Shown here piece after piece: positions 21,315-31,904 of a DNA stretch of 64,000 nt. The stretch is taken from the NCBI GenBank assembly GCA_019058315.1, contig JAHPZH010000002.1, positions 704,001-768,000 on the forward strand. The letters run 5' to 3'. The stretch comes from Candidatus Helarchaeota archaeon (GTDB lineage: Archaea; Asgardarchaeota; Lokiarchaeia; Helarchaeales; RDOG01). The stretch's first letter is position 1; each line of letters starts with the position of its first letter. The notes under the pieces are model-generated. The model worked only from the letters and a program-made list of their open reading frames with translations, made no database searches and was not told where the DNA came from. A program made the position numbers and the translations under genes.

Positions 21315-23933
21315 TTATTTTATTATATCAAATAATGAACTGACTTTAAAAACATCTATAATTTTTACACCTGAAATTTGAGTCTTTATAAAATCTGGTA
21401 AACTTATTCTTAATATTATTACTCTTGATTCTGTTGGTTTTAATGAGAAATAATTATCAGAAGCAATTAAATCCACAATTTCAGAATAGATATATACATA
21501 GAGTGCAATATTTTTTGAAGTTATAGTCATAGAATAATAGCGTTCATTTTTATTATTTGAATTAATTTTTTTAATTTTATAAGAAAGACCAGGATCCTTT
21601 AAAGGAAAATTTTTTGGCTTCTCAAATAGCCGGAATCCATAGAATGGTTCAAATCCATTCTGTTCACTATCTTCAAGAGAATAAAAAATAATATTATTGC
21701 ACATTTCCTCTCTTGTTTTGTTTATAACTTCTACATCAATAGTCTCAACCAATAAAGAAGAACACGGAGGGATTTCAACCTTTTTTAAACCATTTATGAG
21801 TGTTTTTCCTTCTGCATTTAGAATGCTCCAATTTAATGTTCCCTTTTTAGAAACCCTTAAATCATTTATTACCCAAAGCTCGACTTTTTTTGGTTCTTCC
21901 ATAGCACTAACAAAGAAAGGTTGATATGCTCTTTTAGCAATATAATGTAAAGCTTTCCAGCGACCATAATAATCTAATGAAGACCAACTTGCAACCGGCC
22001 AACAATCATTCAATTGCCAATAAAGAGACCCCATACAGTGGAATTCATTCCTATTTCTCCTCCAATGCTCAATTCCATACTCTATTGCTTCAGCTTGAGT
22101 AATTTGTGAGAGAAGGACTTGATGCTCAAAATTTTGGGGGAATAAAAAACGCTTTTTGATATATCTCTTAATTTTTTTATTGCCTGCCCAGTTTTTTTGA
22201 TGGCTTTTCATTATAGGCGAATTGAAATGGTATTGTTCAGGTGGAGAAAATGTTTCAATAGTCTTCATTGATGGAAATGATTGAAAACCATATTCTGACA
22301 TAAATCTAGAGTTGAATTCTCGATAGGCTGTAAAGGGAGCACCGTTATGCCAGACCTGCCAAAAATGAGAATCACCTTTATTTGGAGTATTTGATTCTAT
22401 ATAACCTCTTTCCTTCTCACCACCACCATTGGAAGGTGAACTTGGCCAATAAGGATGATTGGGATCATATTTCTTAATTAACTCTGGCAATATCTTTTCA
22501 AATATTTCAAAGTAGCTTTTCTCAAATTTAGCTATGTCCTTAGGGTCTTGAATTTCAGATATACCAACTAAAGATGAGAATAAAAATTCATTTTCATTAT
22601 TTCCACACCAAAGAGCTAAGCTAGGTCTATGTCTCAATCTCTTAATATTTTGAATTGCCTCAATCTTAACATTTTCATTAAATTCACTGGTTGGTGGGTA
22701 AACTGCACAAGCAAACGAAAAATCCTGCCAAACCAAGATGCCTAAACTATCACAAATATCGTAAAAAAGATCATCCTCATAGATTCCCCCTCCCCAGATA
22801 CGAATAAAGTTCATATTAGCTTCCTTAGCATAGTTTAGAGTCATTTGATAAAGCCCTAATTTTTTACCACGAGGAATGAAACTATCTATTGGAATCCAGT
22901 TTGCACCCTTAGCAAAAACTGGGACTCCATTTAACAAAAAGTAAAAAGTTTCACCCCAGTGATCCAGTTCTCTTATAAGTCTGATATCTCGAAATCCAAT
23001 TTTAAGATTCTGTGAATCAATTTGGTCTTTATCATGTATTGAAACCTTTAATTCATAAAGATTTGGGGTGCCGAGGTCATGTGTCCACCACAATTGTGGA
23101 TTGCTAATATCCATCTCAATTGTTTGATTTTTGTCTTTAAGAGTAACACTCTTTGAGTGCTGTATTCCATCAGGACTAGTTAATTCAACCTTAATTTTAT
23201 ATCCTAAAGACTCTATATCATTTAGTTTTGAACTTATCTCGAGATTTACTTTGAGATTAACTGTCTCAACATTAATTTTTGAAATTTCTTCCGAATTCTT
23301 AATTTTCAGGGGGTCTATATTGTATTTAAATTTCTGAACTGGATAAATTGAATCAATTTTTAGCTCATTGTACCCAATTAATTCTACCGACTTCCAAATT
23401 GCAATATCCGGCAGTTGAGGACCCCAATCCCAACCAAAGGAGAATTGAGCTTTTCTTAAATATGGAATTCCTAGCAGAGAGTCAGCAGCTCTTAATTTGA
23501 ATTTATGTTTCTTTATTTCTTCTAAAGCGTAATTGGTTGGACTCTTTATAATTACTTTTAACTTATTTATTCCTTCTTTTAACTTAGATTTTACATCGAT
23601 ATCATAACTAACAAACATATTATTAGTGTGCCCGAGCAACTCATTATTTAAATAAATTTCAGCAATAGTATCTATTCCTTTGAATCTGAGAAGGATATTC
23701 TTACATTCTAAAAACTCAGCATTTATTACGAATTCTTTTTCAAACTTCCAATCAGAATTATAAACCCAAGCCACTTTAGATTCATTTTCACCATAAAATG
23801 GGTCCTCAATTTTTTGATTTATTAATAAAGCTTCAAATACAGACTCTGGAACTTCGATAGGTATATTAATATTTCTTTCTTCTTGTGTTAACGTCCATTC
23901 TCCATCTAAAGAAATCAATTCCATAATTATCAA
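21315..23933 (-). CDS. Beta-mannosidase, glycoside hydrolase family 2
   Basis: RKAQFSFGWDWGP, KGANWIP, RIWGGGIYE, WCGNNE, FMSEYGFQS, YWQLNDCWP motifs; no signal peptide. Confidence 0.95.
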   Translation of the reverse strand: MIIMELISLDGEWTLTQEERNINIPIEVPESVFEALLINQKIEDPFYGENESKVAWVYNSDWKFEKEFVINAEFLECKNILLRFKGIDTIAEIYLNNELLGHTNNMFVSYDIDVKSKLKEGINKLKVIIKSPTNYALEEIKKHKFKLRAADSLLGIPYLRKAQFSFGWDWGPQLPDIAIWKSVELIGYNELKIDSIYPVQKFKYNIDPLKIKNSEEISKINVETVNLKVNLEISSKLNDIESLGYKIKVELTSPDGIQHSKSVTLKDKNQTIEMDISNPQLWWTHDLGTPNLYELKVSIHDKDQIDSQNLKIGFRDIRLIRELDHWGETFYFLLNGVPVFAKGANWIPIDSFIPRGKKLGLYQMTLNYAKEANMNFIRIWGGGIYEDDLFYDICDSLGILVWQDFSFACAVYPPTSEFNENVKIEAIQNIKRLRHRPSLALWCGNNENEFLFSSLVGISEIQDPKDIAKFEKSYFEIFEKILPELIKKYDPNHPYWPSSPSNGGGEKERGYIESNTPNKGDSHFWQVWHNGAPFTAYREFNSRFMSEYGFQSFPSMKTIETFSPPEQYHFNSPIMKSHQKNWAGNKKIKRYIKKRFLFPQNFEHQVLLSQITQAEAIEYGIEHWRRNRNEFHCMGSLYWQLNDCWPVASWSSLDYYGRWKALHYIAKRAYQPFFVSAMEEPKKVELWVINDLRVSKKGTLNWSILNAEGKTLINGLKKVEIPPCSSLLVETIDVEVINKTREEMCNNIIFYSLEDSEQNGFEPFYGFRLFEKPKNFPLKDPGLSYKIKKINSNNKNERYYSMTITSKNIALYVYIYSEIVDLIASDNYFSLKPTESRVIILRISLPDFIKTQISGVKIIDVFKVSSLFDIIK

Positions 23934-24045
23934 TTAGGCTATTCAAATTAAATGTTTAAAGAATTTGAGAAAATATTACTATTCCAAATTATTTAATTTA
24001 TTTAAACTATGTAGAAGAAGATAAAGTGTCTCGTTATTAAACAAT

Positions 24046-24384
24046 TTATTTACTAAAATAACGCTCAGCAGAAAAGCTTTTTCCCTGTGCTATAATAACA
24101 CACGTTCTTTTTTCGGGAGTTATTGTTATTGTAGCACTTTCGATGACTTCAAGGGGAATACCCTCCTTTTTTAAAACATTATGAAACCACTTGGACATTA
24201 ATTTATAATATCTTTCTACGTCATCCCCTTCCATATCAGGGGTTAAAGTACCACTAATCAAGTCAACAATAATTTTTCTTCTTGGTCTAAAATGTTCAAA
24301 TGGGTAGTTACCAAATCCTTCTGGGTTCCACATTGAGGATCTTAATGCGTTATTAGCTACTGACCTTAATCTTATTAATTTCAT
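24046..24384 (-). CDS. Hypothetical protein
   Basis: 112-aa ORF with ATG start and protein-like composition. Confidence 0.65.
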   Translation of the reverse strand: MKLIRLRSVANNALRSSMWNPEGFGNYPFEHFRPRRKIIVDLISGTLTPDMEGDDVERYYKLMSKWFHNVLKKEGIPLEVIESATITITPEKRTCVIIAQGKSFSAERYFSK

Positions 24385-24455
24385 GTTTGAATAAATGAAA
24401 TTATTATATTTAAAATTAATTTGATTTTATTAACTTTATAAAAAGAAGATATGAA

Positions 24456-25355
24456 TTGGTTTTAATGGAAAAAATTAATGAAATTGAAGATGAACAAGAA
24501 AAAAAAGCCATTATTGAGTTATGGAATAATTTTAACTGCTGGGATGCTCCATTGAATCAGGTGGGATTTGAAATCAACGAGAAGGGACAAATAAAATTAT
24601 TGAGACTAAATAATAGAAAAATAAAAAAGATTCCTAACTTTATTGCTAATTTTTCAGAGCTTAAATATTTAGATTTATATTATAATAAAATCCGTAAAAT
24701 AGAAATACCAAATAATCTTAAGAAATTGAAGCGATTATATCTTGGAGGAAATCTCATTACTAAAATCGATGGCCTAGATAATTTTTCACAGTTGAATGAA
24801 TTAGCTATTTATGGAAATCGAATTTCAAAGATTCAAAATATCAATCATTTATCTTCCTTATTATCATTAAATCTAAATGGTAATAATATTACACAGATTG
24901 AAGGTTTAGATAATCTTATTCATTTACAAGATTTAAACCTGAATTCTAATAAAATTACAAAGATTAGTGGGTTAAATAATCTTTTTAATTTAAAGAGATT
25001 ATTATTGGATAATAATAGAATTACAAAAATCCAAGGATTAGAAAATCTAACTCAATTACAAGAAATTAGTCTAACAAATAACGAGATTATAAAAATCGAA
25101 GGGATAGAGGAACTTGATAACTTGGAAAGTATTTCACTTTTAGGAAATCCACTTTCAGAAATAGATAAGAAAGTCTATCATAAGGGTTTAATTGCTTTAA
25201 AAAAATTTTCTAGACAAAGGAAAATAGATGATTGCATAAAAAGAATAAAAGAAATACAAGAAATATTGAATTTGGGTAAGCTAAAATTAGATAATTATAA
25301 CATTTTAAATCAAGAACTTGAAGAACTACAGAAAAAAATTAAAGATTTCAAATAA
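24456..25355 (+). CDS. Leucine-rich repeat protein with C-terminal coiled coil
   Basis: SDS22-like LRRs ending GNPLSEIDKKVYHKGLIAL. Confidence 0.93.
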   Translation: MVLMEKINEIEDEQEKKAIIELWNNFNCWDAPLNQVGFEINEKGQIKLLRLNNRKIKKIPNFIANFSELKYLDLYYNKIRKIEIPNNLKKLKRLYLGGNLITKIDGLDNFSQLNELAIYGNRISKIQNINHLSSLLSLNLNGNNITQIEGLDNLIHLQDLNLNSNKITKISGLNNLFNLKRLLLDNNRITKIQGLENLTQLQEISLTNNEIIKIEGIEELDNLESISLLGNPLSEIDKKVYHKGLIALKKFSRQRKIDDCIKRIKEIQEILNLGKLKLDNYNILNQELEELQKKIKDFK

Positions 25356-25492
25356 AAAGGAGTTAAATCAATGGGATCTTCATTAATGTCAATTATAAAT
25401 TTTACAAATAAGAAATTACAAATATATAAAAAATAGGAAGGAAAAAATAATAATACAATACCAACATTCTTAAAATTCTGGGATATACAAGA

Positions 25493-26011
25493 ATGACAAT
25501 ATACAGATTTAAAATAGTTATTGTAGGAGATTATGGAGTAGGTAAAACATCATTAATAAATCAGTATGTTACCCAAAAATTTAAAGGAAGTTATATTCCC
25601 ACTTTGGGAGTACAATTCACTAAAATAAGTTTAAAAGCAAGCGATGATGAGGTTGAATTAATCCTTTGGGATATAGCTGGTCAAGATAGCTTTTTTAAAA
25701 TTAGACAGAGATTTTATGATAATACTCAAGGATTCATAGTTGTATACGATATTACAAGAAAATCCTCTTTGGAAAATATTAAAAATTGGTATGATGATGT
25801 CACGGCGCACACTGGGAAATTACCTTGTCTTTTACTTGGCAATAAATCTGACTTAACAGAAAGAAGAGTTATTAATAAGGAAGATGTAAAGGAAATTATT
25901 GAAAAACATGAAATGAATTTTATTAACTTTTTTGAAACCTCAGCAAAAACTGGAGAAAATGTGAAAGAAAGTTTTGAATCAATAGCTAAAAACATATTAA
26001 AAAATATATAA
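25493..26011 (+). CDS. Rab-like small GTPase (Ras superfamily)
   Basis: G1 GDYGVGKT, G2 YIPTLG, G3 WDIAGQ, G4 NKSD, G5 ETSAK; no prenylation tail. Confidence 0.97.
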   Translation: MTIYRFKIVIVGDYGVGKTSLINQYVTQKFKGSYIPTLGVQFTKISLKASDDEVELILWDIAGQDSFFKIRQRFYDNTQGFIVVYDITRKSSLENIKNWYDDVTAHTGKLPCLLLGNKSDLTERRVINKEDVKEIIEKHEMNFINFFETSAKTGENVKESFESIAKNILKNI

Positions 26012-26037
26012 ACTATTATTATTTCGATCTTCCAGAG

Positions 26038-27138
26038 GTGTATGAAATAAATAAACCGTATTTTTTAAGCATAATAAACCCTTCAGGAATATGTTTATTC
26101 TTATATTGCTTTAAAGAAGATTTTGATGTAACAGAATTTCAACTTTTTAGTGGTTTTATAACAGCCATTATTAAATTCTCAGAAGAATTAAATGAAAAAA
26201 TTGGGTATAGCAAGGAGGATGGACGAGTTCCTTCCATTCCTCTTAATTTAAATTTTGAAATTCTGATCTCATATAATGAACCCCTAATTGGTTGTCTTGT
26301 GGCGGAAAGAAAAGATTATGATGAGGATATGAAAATTTTTCTTAATGATGTATTAGATGAATTTCTAGAAATTAATGGTGAAAATCTCAAAGATTTTAAT
26401 GGTGATATTGGGACATTCGATCGTTTTAAAGATGAAATCGAAAGAATTTTCAGAAAAAGAAGCATTTTTTCTTATCAAATCCCAAAAATGAGAACAGACC
26501 AAACCAAGAGGATATCGCTGAAAGAAAATTTCTTAGATTTAATTGATTTGATAGATGGTAAGAGAGACATTAAACAGATTTCTCAAATTTTAAAAAAGGA
26601 AACAGAAAAAATAAAAGACATGATTTCACGATTATTATGGCTTGAAATGATAAATTTAAGTGCTAAAGTCTACGAAGATGATGTTTTTGAACCAAGAAAA
26701 GACTTATTTCAATTAATAAGAAGCAGAGAAATTGATCCAGAAAAGAGAAAAGAAAAAGAAAAACATTTAGAGGAAAAAGCATCCGAATTTGATTTATTAA
26801 ATGCCATTGATGGATTCAAAACTGTTCTTGAACTTGATAATGACTTTCCTAACTTATCTTCTGATGAGATAAAACGAATTTTATCATATTATCTCTCTCA
26901 AGGATCTTATCTTGAGAAAATTGAGCTGTACCCACAATTAATCAATATTAATGATAAACTTATTGAGAATTTATCCGATGAAAGCCTTGCACTATGTTAT
27001 TCATTGGAAAATATTTGTGAAGGAGATCTATCATTAGCAGAAATTTCAGCAAGAATTGGTATGCCAATTAATGAAATAAAAAAAATGTTAAATTTTATGG
27101 GAGATCATGTAACATATATTAAAAAATCTGTTAAATAA
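26038..27138 (+). CDS. Longin plus triple winged-helix protein, NPRL2-like
   Basis: N-terminal longin ([27 protein letters not shown]), then three wHTH-like units ([32 protein letters not shown]). Confidence 0.75.
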   Translation: [366 protein letters not shown]

Positions 27139-27166
27139 TAGATTAATACATTGCAAATAAAATGGG

Positions 27167-27847
27167 TTATGATATAACCTTGCTTCTTTCTATAATCCAA
27201 TTATTTAATCGCTGAAAATCCTCCTCAACAAAATAATTACATATTACTTCTTTGAATTCCTGACTTAAAATTTTATATCTTTTCCTATCACCAGATGAAA
27301 AATAATCCAAAATGAAGAATATAAACTCTTTACTGTCTTCGGGAGCAATTTCTACAAGGGCTTTAATTATTTTTTTTCTAAGCTTTAGACTAAAATCAAT
27401 TGGATCTACACCAGTTTCAATCAAACGTTTTATTGCTTCAATTAGGCATTTTTGAATGCCCTTTTCAATCAAAGATTCAACAAATGACTTTGATGCAATA
27501 AAATATTCTCCTGGAGCTAATAAATCACGTAAATCAGGACGTTTTTCAATAGGGATTTCTTTATAATCAGGCTCATAATTTTCATTAAATTTAAATTGAC
27601 CTATTGCAAAATGAGTAAGATTAAAATAAGAAAATTTTTCTCCCTTTCTCAATAGAACCAAATTCTTTTGTATTTTTCCATTTTTAATTTCTGTAAGGGC
27701 ACATATGTCTATCCCCTTTTCTTTTAAAAAATCGTCATTAATAGGAATATAACACTTTTCAAAAATATAATACCCTTTTTCTTTATCTACAACCCTTCTC
27801 TCATTTTTTTCGATACGATCTAACCAATCATCTGTCAAAAGAATCAA
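27167..27847 (-). CDS. Hypothetical protein
   Basis: 226-aa ORF; no motif recognised. Confidence 0.65.
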   Translation of the reverse strand: MILLTDDWLDRIEKNERRVVDKEKGYYIFEKCYIPINDDFLKEKGIDICALTEIKNGKIQKNLVLLRKGEKFSYFNLTHFAIGQFKFNENYEPDYKEIPIEKRPDLRDLLAPGEYFIASKSFVESLIEKGIQKCLIEAIKRLIETGVDPIDFSLKLRKKIIKALVEIAPEDSKEFIFFILDYFSSGDRKRYKILSQEFKEVICNYFVEEDFQRLNNWIIERSKVIS

Positions 27848-27895
27848 GTTCTATAATTTTTATAAATTTAAGAAATATCATCGTTTATACAATTG

Positions 27896-28843
27896 TTATT
27901 CTTTTTCTGCATCCTTAATTAATTCTTTTGCTGCTTCTTTAACTATTTCTTTTAAATCTTCTTTTTCTAATTTGCTAATCTTCTCTTCTATGTCCTCTTC
28001 TTCTTTAGGTTTCTCTTTTTTCGTTTTTTCCTTCTCTTTTTCCACTTTATCTTCTTTTTTCTTGTCCTCTCTAGCCTTCTTAACCTCTTTTAAATACTCA
28101 GCAGCTGCTTTATCTTGTTCAGAGAGGTTTGTTAATATCTGATCCATCATTTTTTCTGGTATTTTTTCTTTATATTGCTTTATTTTAGCTAAAAATATCT
28201 CAAATTCCTCTTTATTCATCTCTTTATCCGAAAATCTTAATAATAATTCAGGAAACTGGACGAGTAATTTTGGAAATTCATCTAAATTTGACCAGAATTC
28301 TAAGAATTCCAATCCAATAGTACTCTCTGAAACATGTCCCCAGTCTCCAATAATGACGTAATCAAATAATTCTTCCATCAAGTAACTAATTACCGACATT
28401 AGCAATTTTGAGTAATTAAGATTGAAGCTATGTGTTCCTTTAATACTGATATGATCTTCTCTTTTTATTTCATAATTGAGACTGTCTAGCCACATTAAGC
28501 CATTATTTCCAAGCTTTTTAATTAAAAATTGAAGAAATTCTTCGATATCAAAGTCTTCTTTCAATAAATCGAGTTGTAAATGAGCAAAATCGAGAAAGTT
28601 TTTTGCTGAATCTATAGAAATTTCTTCTAAAAGATCTTCTTCTATATCTTCTAATACCTTATTAAGCAGAGTTTTCTCAATAATGATCATGTTCTGATTG
28701 CGTGAATTAACAATTATATCTAACCATTCATAAATTGCTTTTCTAGCTATTTGATTAGTTGTTATATTCTGACTATTTGCTAATTTCTCTAATTCTTTAA
28801 AAATTTCTTCGGATATCCTGAGACCTATTAATTTATTAGGCAT
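27896..28843 (-). CDS. Ribbon-helix-helix regulator with V4R-like domain and charged tail
   Basis: LIGLRISEEIFKELEKLA...QIARKAIYEWL (CopG-like RHH); GLMWLD...IKGTHSFNLNYSK central domain; E/K-rich tail. Confidence 0.7.
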   Translation of the reverse strand: MPNKLIGLRISEEIFKELEKLANSQNITTNQIARKAIYEWLDIIVNSRNQNMIIIEKTLLNKVLEDIEEDLLEEISIDSAKNFLDFAHLQLDLLKEDFDIEEFLQFLIKKLGNNGLMWLDSLNYEIKREDHISIKGTHSFNLNYSKLLMSVISYLMEELFDYVIIGDWGHVSESTIGLEFLEFWSNLDEFPKLLVQFPELLLRFSDKEMNKEEFEIFLAKIKQYKEKIPEKMMDQILTNLSEQDKAAAEYLKEVKKAREDKKKEDKVEKEKEKTKKEKPKEEEDIEEKISKLEKEDLKEIVKEAAKELIKDAEKE

Positions 28844-29610
28844 TTAACTCACCTTTTCTTCCAATGGAGTACTCTATATAAAGAAGTCGTATGCGTGCGC
28901 GAGCTCTACGAAATATTTTTATATTCACAAAACTCGTACATAAAATTACAACCTTTACATTTATTAATCTTATTAACAAATGTTACCACACTTTTAGATT
29001 TTGTGTCCATAAAAATTGGTTAAAAATATGTTTGATGGTATATAGAATATTAATTTTATTTAATTTTTTTTGCTATAATAAAAAAATATTTGTAAATTAA
29101 ATATTTTTTTCTGTTATTTTATATAATTATACTTTAAATTACTGCTTTTGGATTAAATTCCTTATATATATGCAGAAATATTACCAAAATCTTAAATACT
29201 TCTCTTTTTTAGACTTCTTTAACATAAATATGTATATTTCTAAGAATTAAAGACCCCATTTTTAACAATTCTAAATAAACGCGTGCGCTGGCTTCTCATG
29301 GAGTAACATATACAACAAAGATGGAGTGGAGCATTTTAAATTATAAAAATATACATAAAATTATGCTATGAATCACACTTTTGAAATTATTTTATTTATT
29401 AGAAATGGAAATAAAATTAAATAAATCTTAAAAAATATTTTAAAGAAATTTATTTCTTTATTTCAATCAATCTTTTTACTTTATTCACTAATAACCTTTC
29501 TTTTTTTACTAATTAACATAGACATTTAAAAAAAGATTTTTTCAAATAATCTTTTCAACAGGTTTATTTCAATGCATTAGAAATCTATATTATAACAGTG
29601 TCATGAAATT

Positions 29611-29633
29611 TTATTCAATGCCTCATTGAATAA
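29611..29633. promoter_or_regulatory. Inverted repeat TTATTCAATG-cct-CATTGAATAA
   Basis: Perfect 10-3-10 palindrome in a long divergent intergenic region. Confidence 0.4.
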
Positions 29634-30047
29634 TATTCAATCGCTTAAATTTGTCAGCAACTATATTTTTTTGTGTAATTTTGTGTTAAATTGAATTGAC
29701 CTTTTCTTAAAATATATCCATTATATTACTATTCAAAAAAATTAAAATAAAAACATTTTAATTAAAGATAATAAGAATTTTGGGAATAAACGGAAAGAAA
29801 ATAACTGAAATTCTATTAAATTTTAGATAAAAAAGATTTTACAAAAAAAAAATATAGTTTTCAATACTTTTGATATTATAAATCTTTAGAAAAAGCTAAA
29901 AAATCCATTAAATAGATATTAATTCTTCATTTTCCAATTTTAAATTAAAGGATTTATCTATATATAACTTTTTGTGGATAGATTTATGATATATTTCTTC
30001 ATATATATTGATTAATAAATATTAATTTCATATTGGAACGAATTATT

Positions 30048-31688
30048 ATGAAAAAAAAAGTAATAGTTCTCATTTTAGCAATATTTCTTAGCTTTACGTT
30101 TATTTCTCTATCAAACTCCAATATATCAATAATTTCGAATAGGATTACTGTTAATTCACCCTCTAAAATATCTACAAGCGAAACAGCGAAAACCGCATGG
30201 ACAGCTAATGGTACACCAATCGCTATCCAACCTCAATATCAAGAAAGAGTTGATATTTGTAGCGATGGAGCAGGAGGAGCTATTATTACATGGGAGGATT
30301 ATAGAACTGGAACTAATGTTGATGTCTATGCACAAAGAATAAGGGCAGATGGGAGTGTTGCCTGGACTCCTGGTGGAGTTGCGATTTGTACACATACTTC
30401 AGATCAATTTAATGTTCGAATTTGTAGTGATGGATCAAGAGGGGCAATTATTTCGTGGTATGATTTTAGAGCAGGCAATGGTAATATTTACGCACAAAAA
30501 ATCAATTCTAGTGGAGTAGTACAATGGACACTTGATGGTGCGGGAGTCTGTACGTGGACTGGTAATCAATATTATCAAGAAATGTGTAGTGACGGTGCGG
30601 GAGGTGCAATTATCGCTTGGTATGATGATAGGGTTGGAAGTGATACTTATGCACAAAGAATCAAATCTAATGGAGCTCTAGACTCAGACTGGCCAGCAGG
30701 TGGAATATTGGTTACCTCCTATTCCACATATTATCCTCAAATTTGTAGTGATGGGGTTGGAGGTGCTATTATTGCTTTTTATTCTACAATAGGTAATATT
30801 TATGCACAAAGAGTTAATTCAAGTGGAGATTTACAATGGACATCAGCTGGAATAACAATATGTGATGAAGCAGATTGGCAGCAAAATCCACAGCTTATCA
30901 GTGATGGTGCCGAAGGGGCAATCATTACCTGGGAAGATTTTAGATCTACTACTAATTTTGATATTTATGCTCGTAAAATCAATGCAGCTGGGGGCGTGGA
31001 ATGGTTAGATGATGGTGAGGCAATATGCACTTTAGGCACTAACCAATGGAAACCTCAGATTTGTGCCGATGGAATGGGTGGCGCAATTATAACTTGGTAT
31101 GATAGTGATATCTCTGCTCAAAGAATCAATTCAGCAGGGAATGTACAATGGAAAACTGATGGTGTAGAAATATGTAATCTTGGAGGGGATCAAATAGAAC
31201 CCCAAATTTGTAGCAGTAAAAAAGGTAGCGCAATAATAACTTGGCTAGATAATAGAACCGGTCCAAATTCTGATATTTACGCCCAAAAAATAAGTTCGAG
31301 CGGTGCGGCGCAGTGGACTGCTAATGGAACTTTAATATGTAACGCAGACGGATTTCAAGCACTCCCAAAAATTTGTAGCGATGGAGCGGGTGGTGCAATT
31401 ATTGCTTGGGATGATGAAAGAACGGGAACTACCAACGATGATATCTATGCTCAAAGAATTAAAATCCCAGAGGAGGAAGATTACACTTTACTATTAATTT
31501 CGGCAGTATTATCACAATCTGGAGGGTTATTGGGAGAAATTCTAGGATTTTTCGATAGAGCCTTGAGCATACTATTATCCCCTATGGTAGTGGGTAGTAT
31601 TGTCTTGGTAGAAACACTTCTTATCATCATTTTGTCTTCTGTCGTTAAACGTCAAAGAAAATCATCTGGAAAAAGCAAAAAAGCTTAG
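30048..31688 (+). CDS. Secreted, membrane-anchored beta-propeller repeat protein
   Basis: Signal peptide MKKKVIVLILAIFL; about 7 repeats of ICSDGAGGAIIxWxDxR...IYAQRI; C-terminal TM plus basic tail. Confidence 0.85.
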   Translation: MKKKVIVLILAIFLSFTFISLSNSNISIISNRITVNSPSKISTSETAKTAWTANGTPIAIQPQYQERVDICSDGAGGAIITWEDYRTGTNVDVYAQRIRADGSVAWTPGGVAICTHTSDQFNVRICSDGSRGAIISWYDFRAGNGNIYAQKINSSGVVQWTLDGAGVCTWTGNQYYQEMCSDGAGGAIIAWYDDRVGSDTYAQRIKSNGALDSDWPAGGILVTSYSTYYPQICSDGVGGAIIAFYSTIGNIYAQRVNSSGDLQWTSAGITICDEADWQQNPQLISDGAEGAIITWEDFRSTTNFDIYARKINAAGGVEWLDDGEAICTLGTNQWKPQICADGMGGAIITWYDSDISAQRINSAGNVQWKTDGVEICNLGGDQIEPQICSSKKGSAIITWLDNRTGPNSDIYAQKISSSGAAQWTANGTLICNADGFQALPKICSDGAGGAIIAWDDERTGTTNDDIYAQRIKIPEEEDYTLLLISAVLSQSGGLLGEILGFFDRALSILLSPMVVGSIVLVETLLIIILSSVVKRQRKSSGKSKKA

Positions 31689-31904
31689 AAATAAAAAACT
31701 AATCTATCATTTTTTTTATTTTCTTTTTTAAAGGTTTTACCTTTAAACATAACTTTATAAATAATATTCTAGAAATCAAAGGAATTCGGCATAAAAAACA
31801 TTTCTTTTTTATGTTTACAATTCATTTTGCCTTGAAATTATTGTATTTATTTTCTATTTCTCTTTAACTTTCTAATACAAAAGAATTTGAGTGTGTATGC
31901 TTAA

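Noticed and set aside
28891-29100. 69-aa ORF in the long intergenic region
   Set aside because: Low-complexity F/I/K/N composition typical of AT-rich non-coding DNA; no RBS.
28844-30047. Replication origin
   Set aside because: AT-rich, but no ORB-like repeats with G-strings and no adjacent cdc6/orc1.
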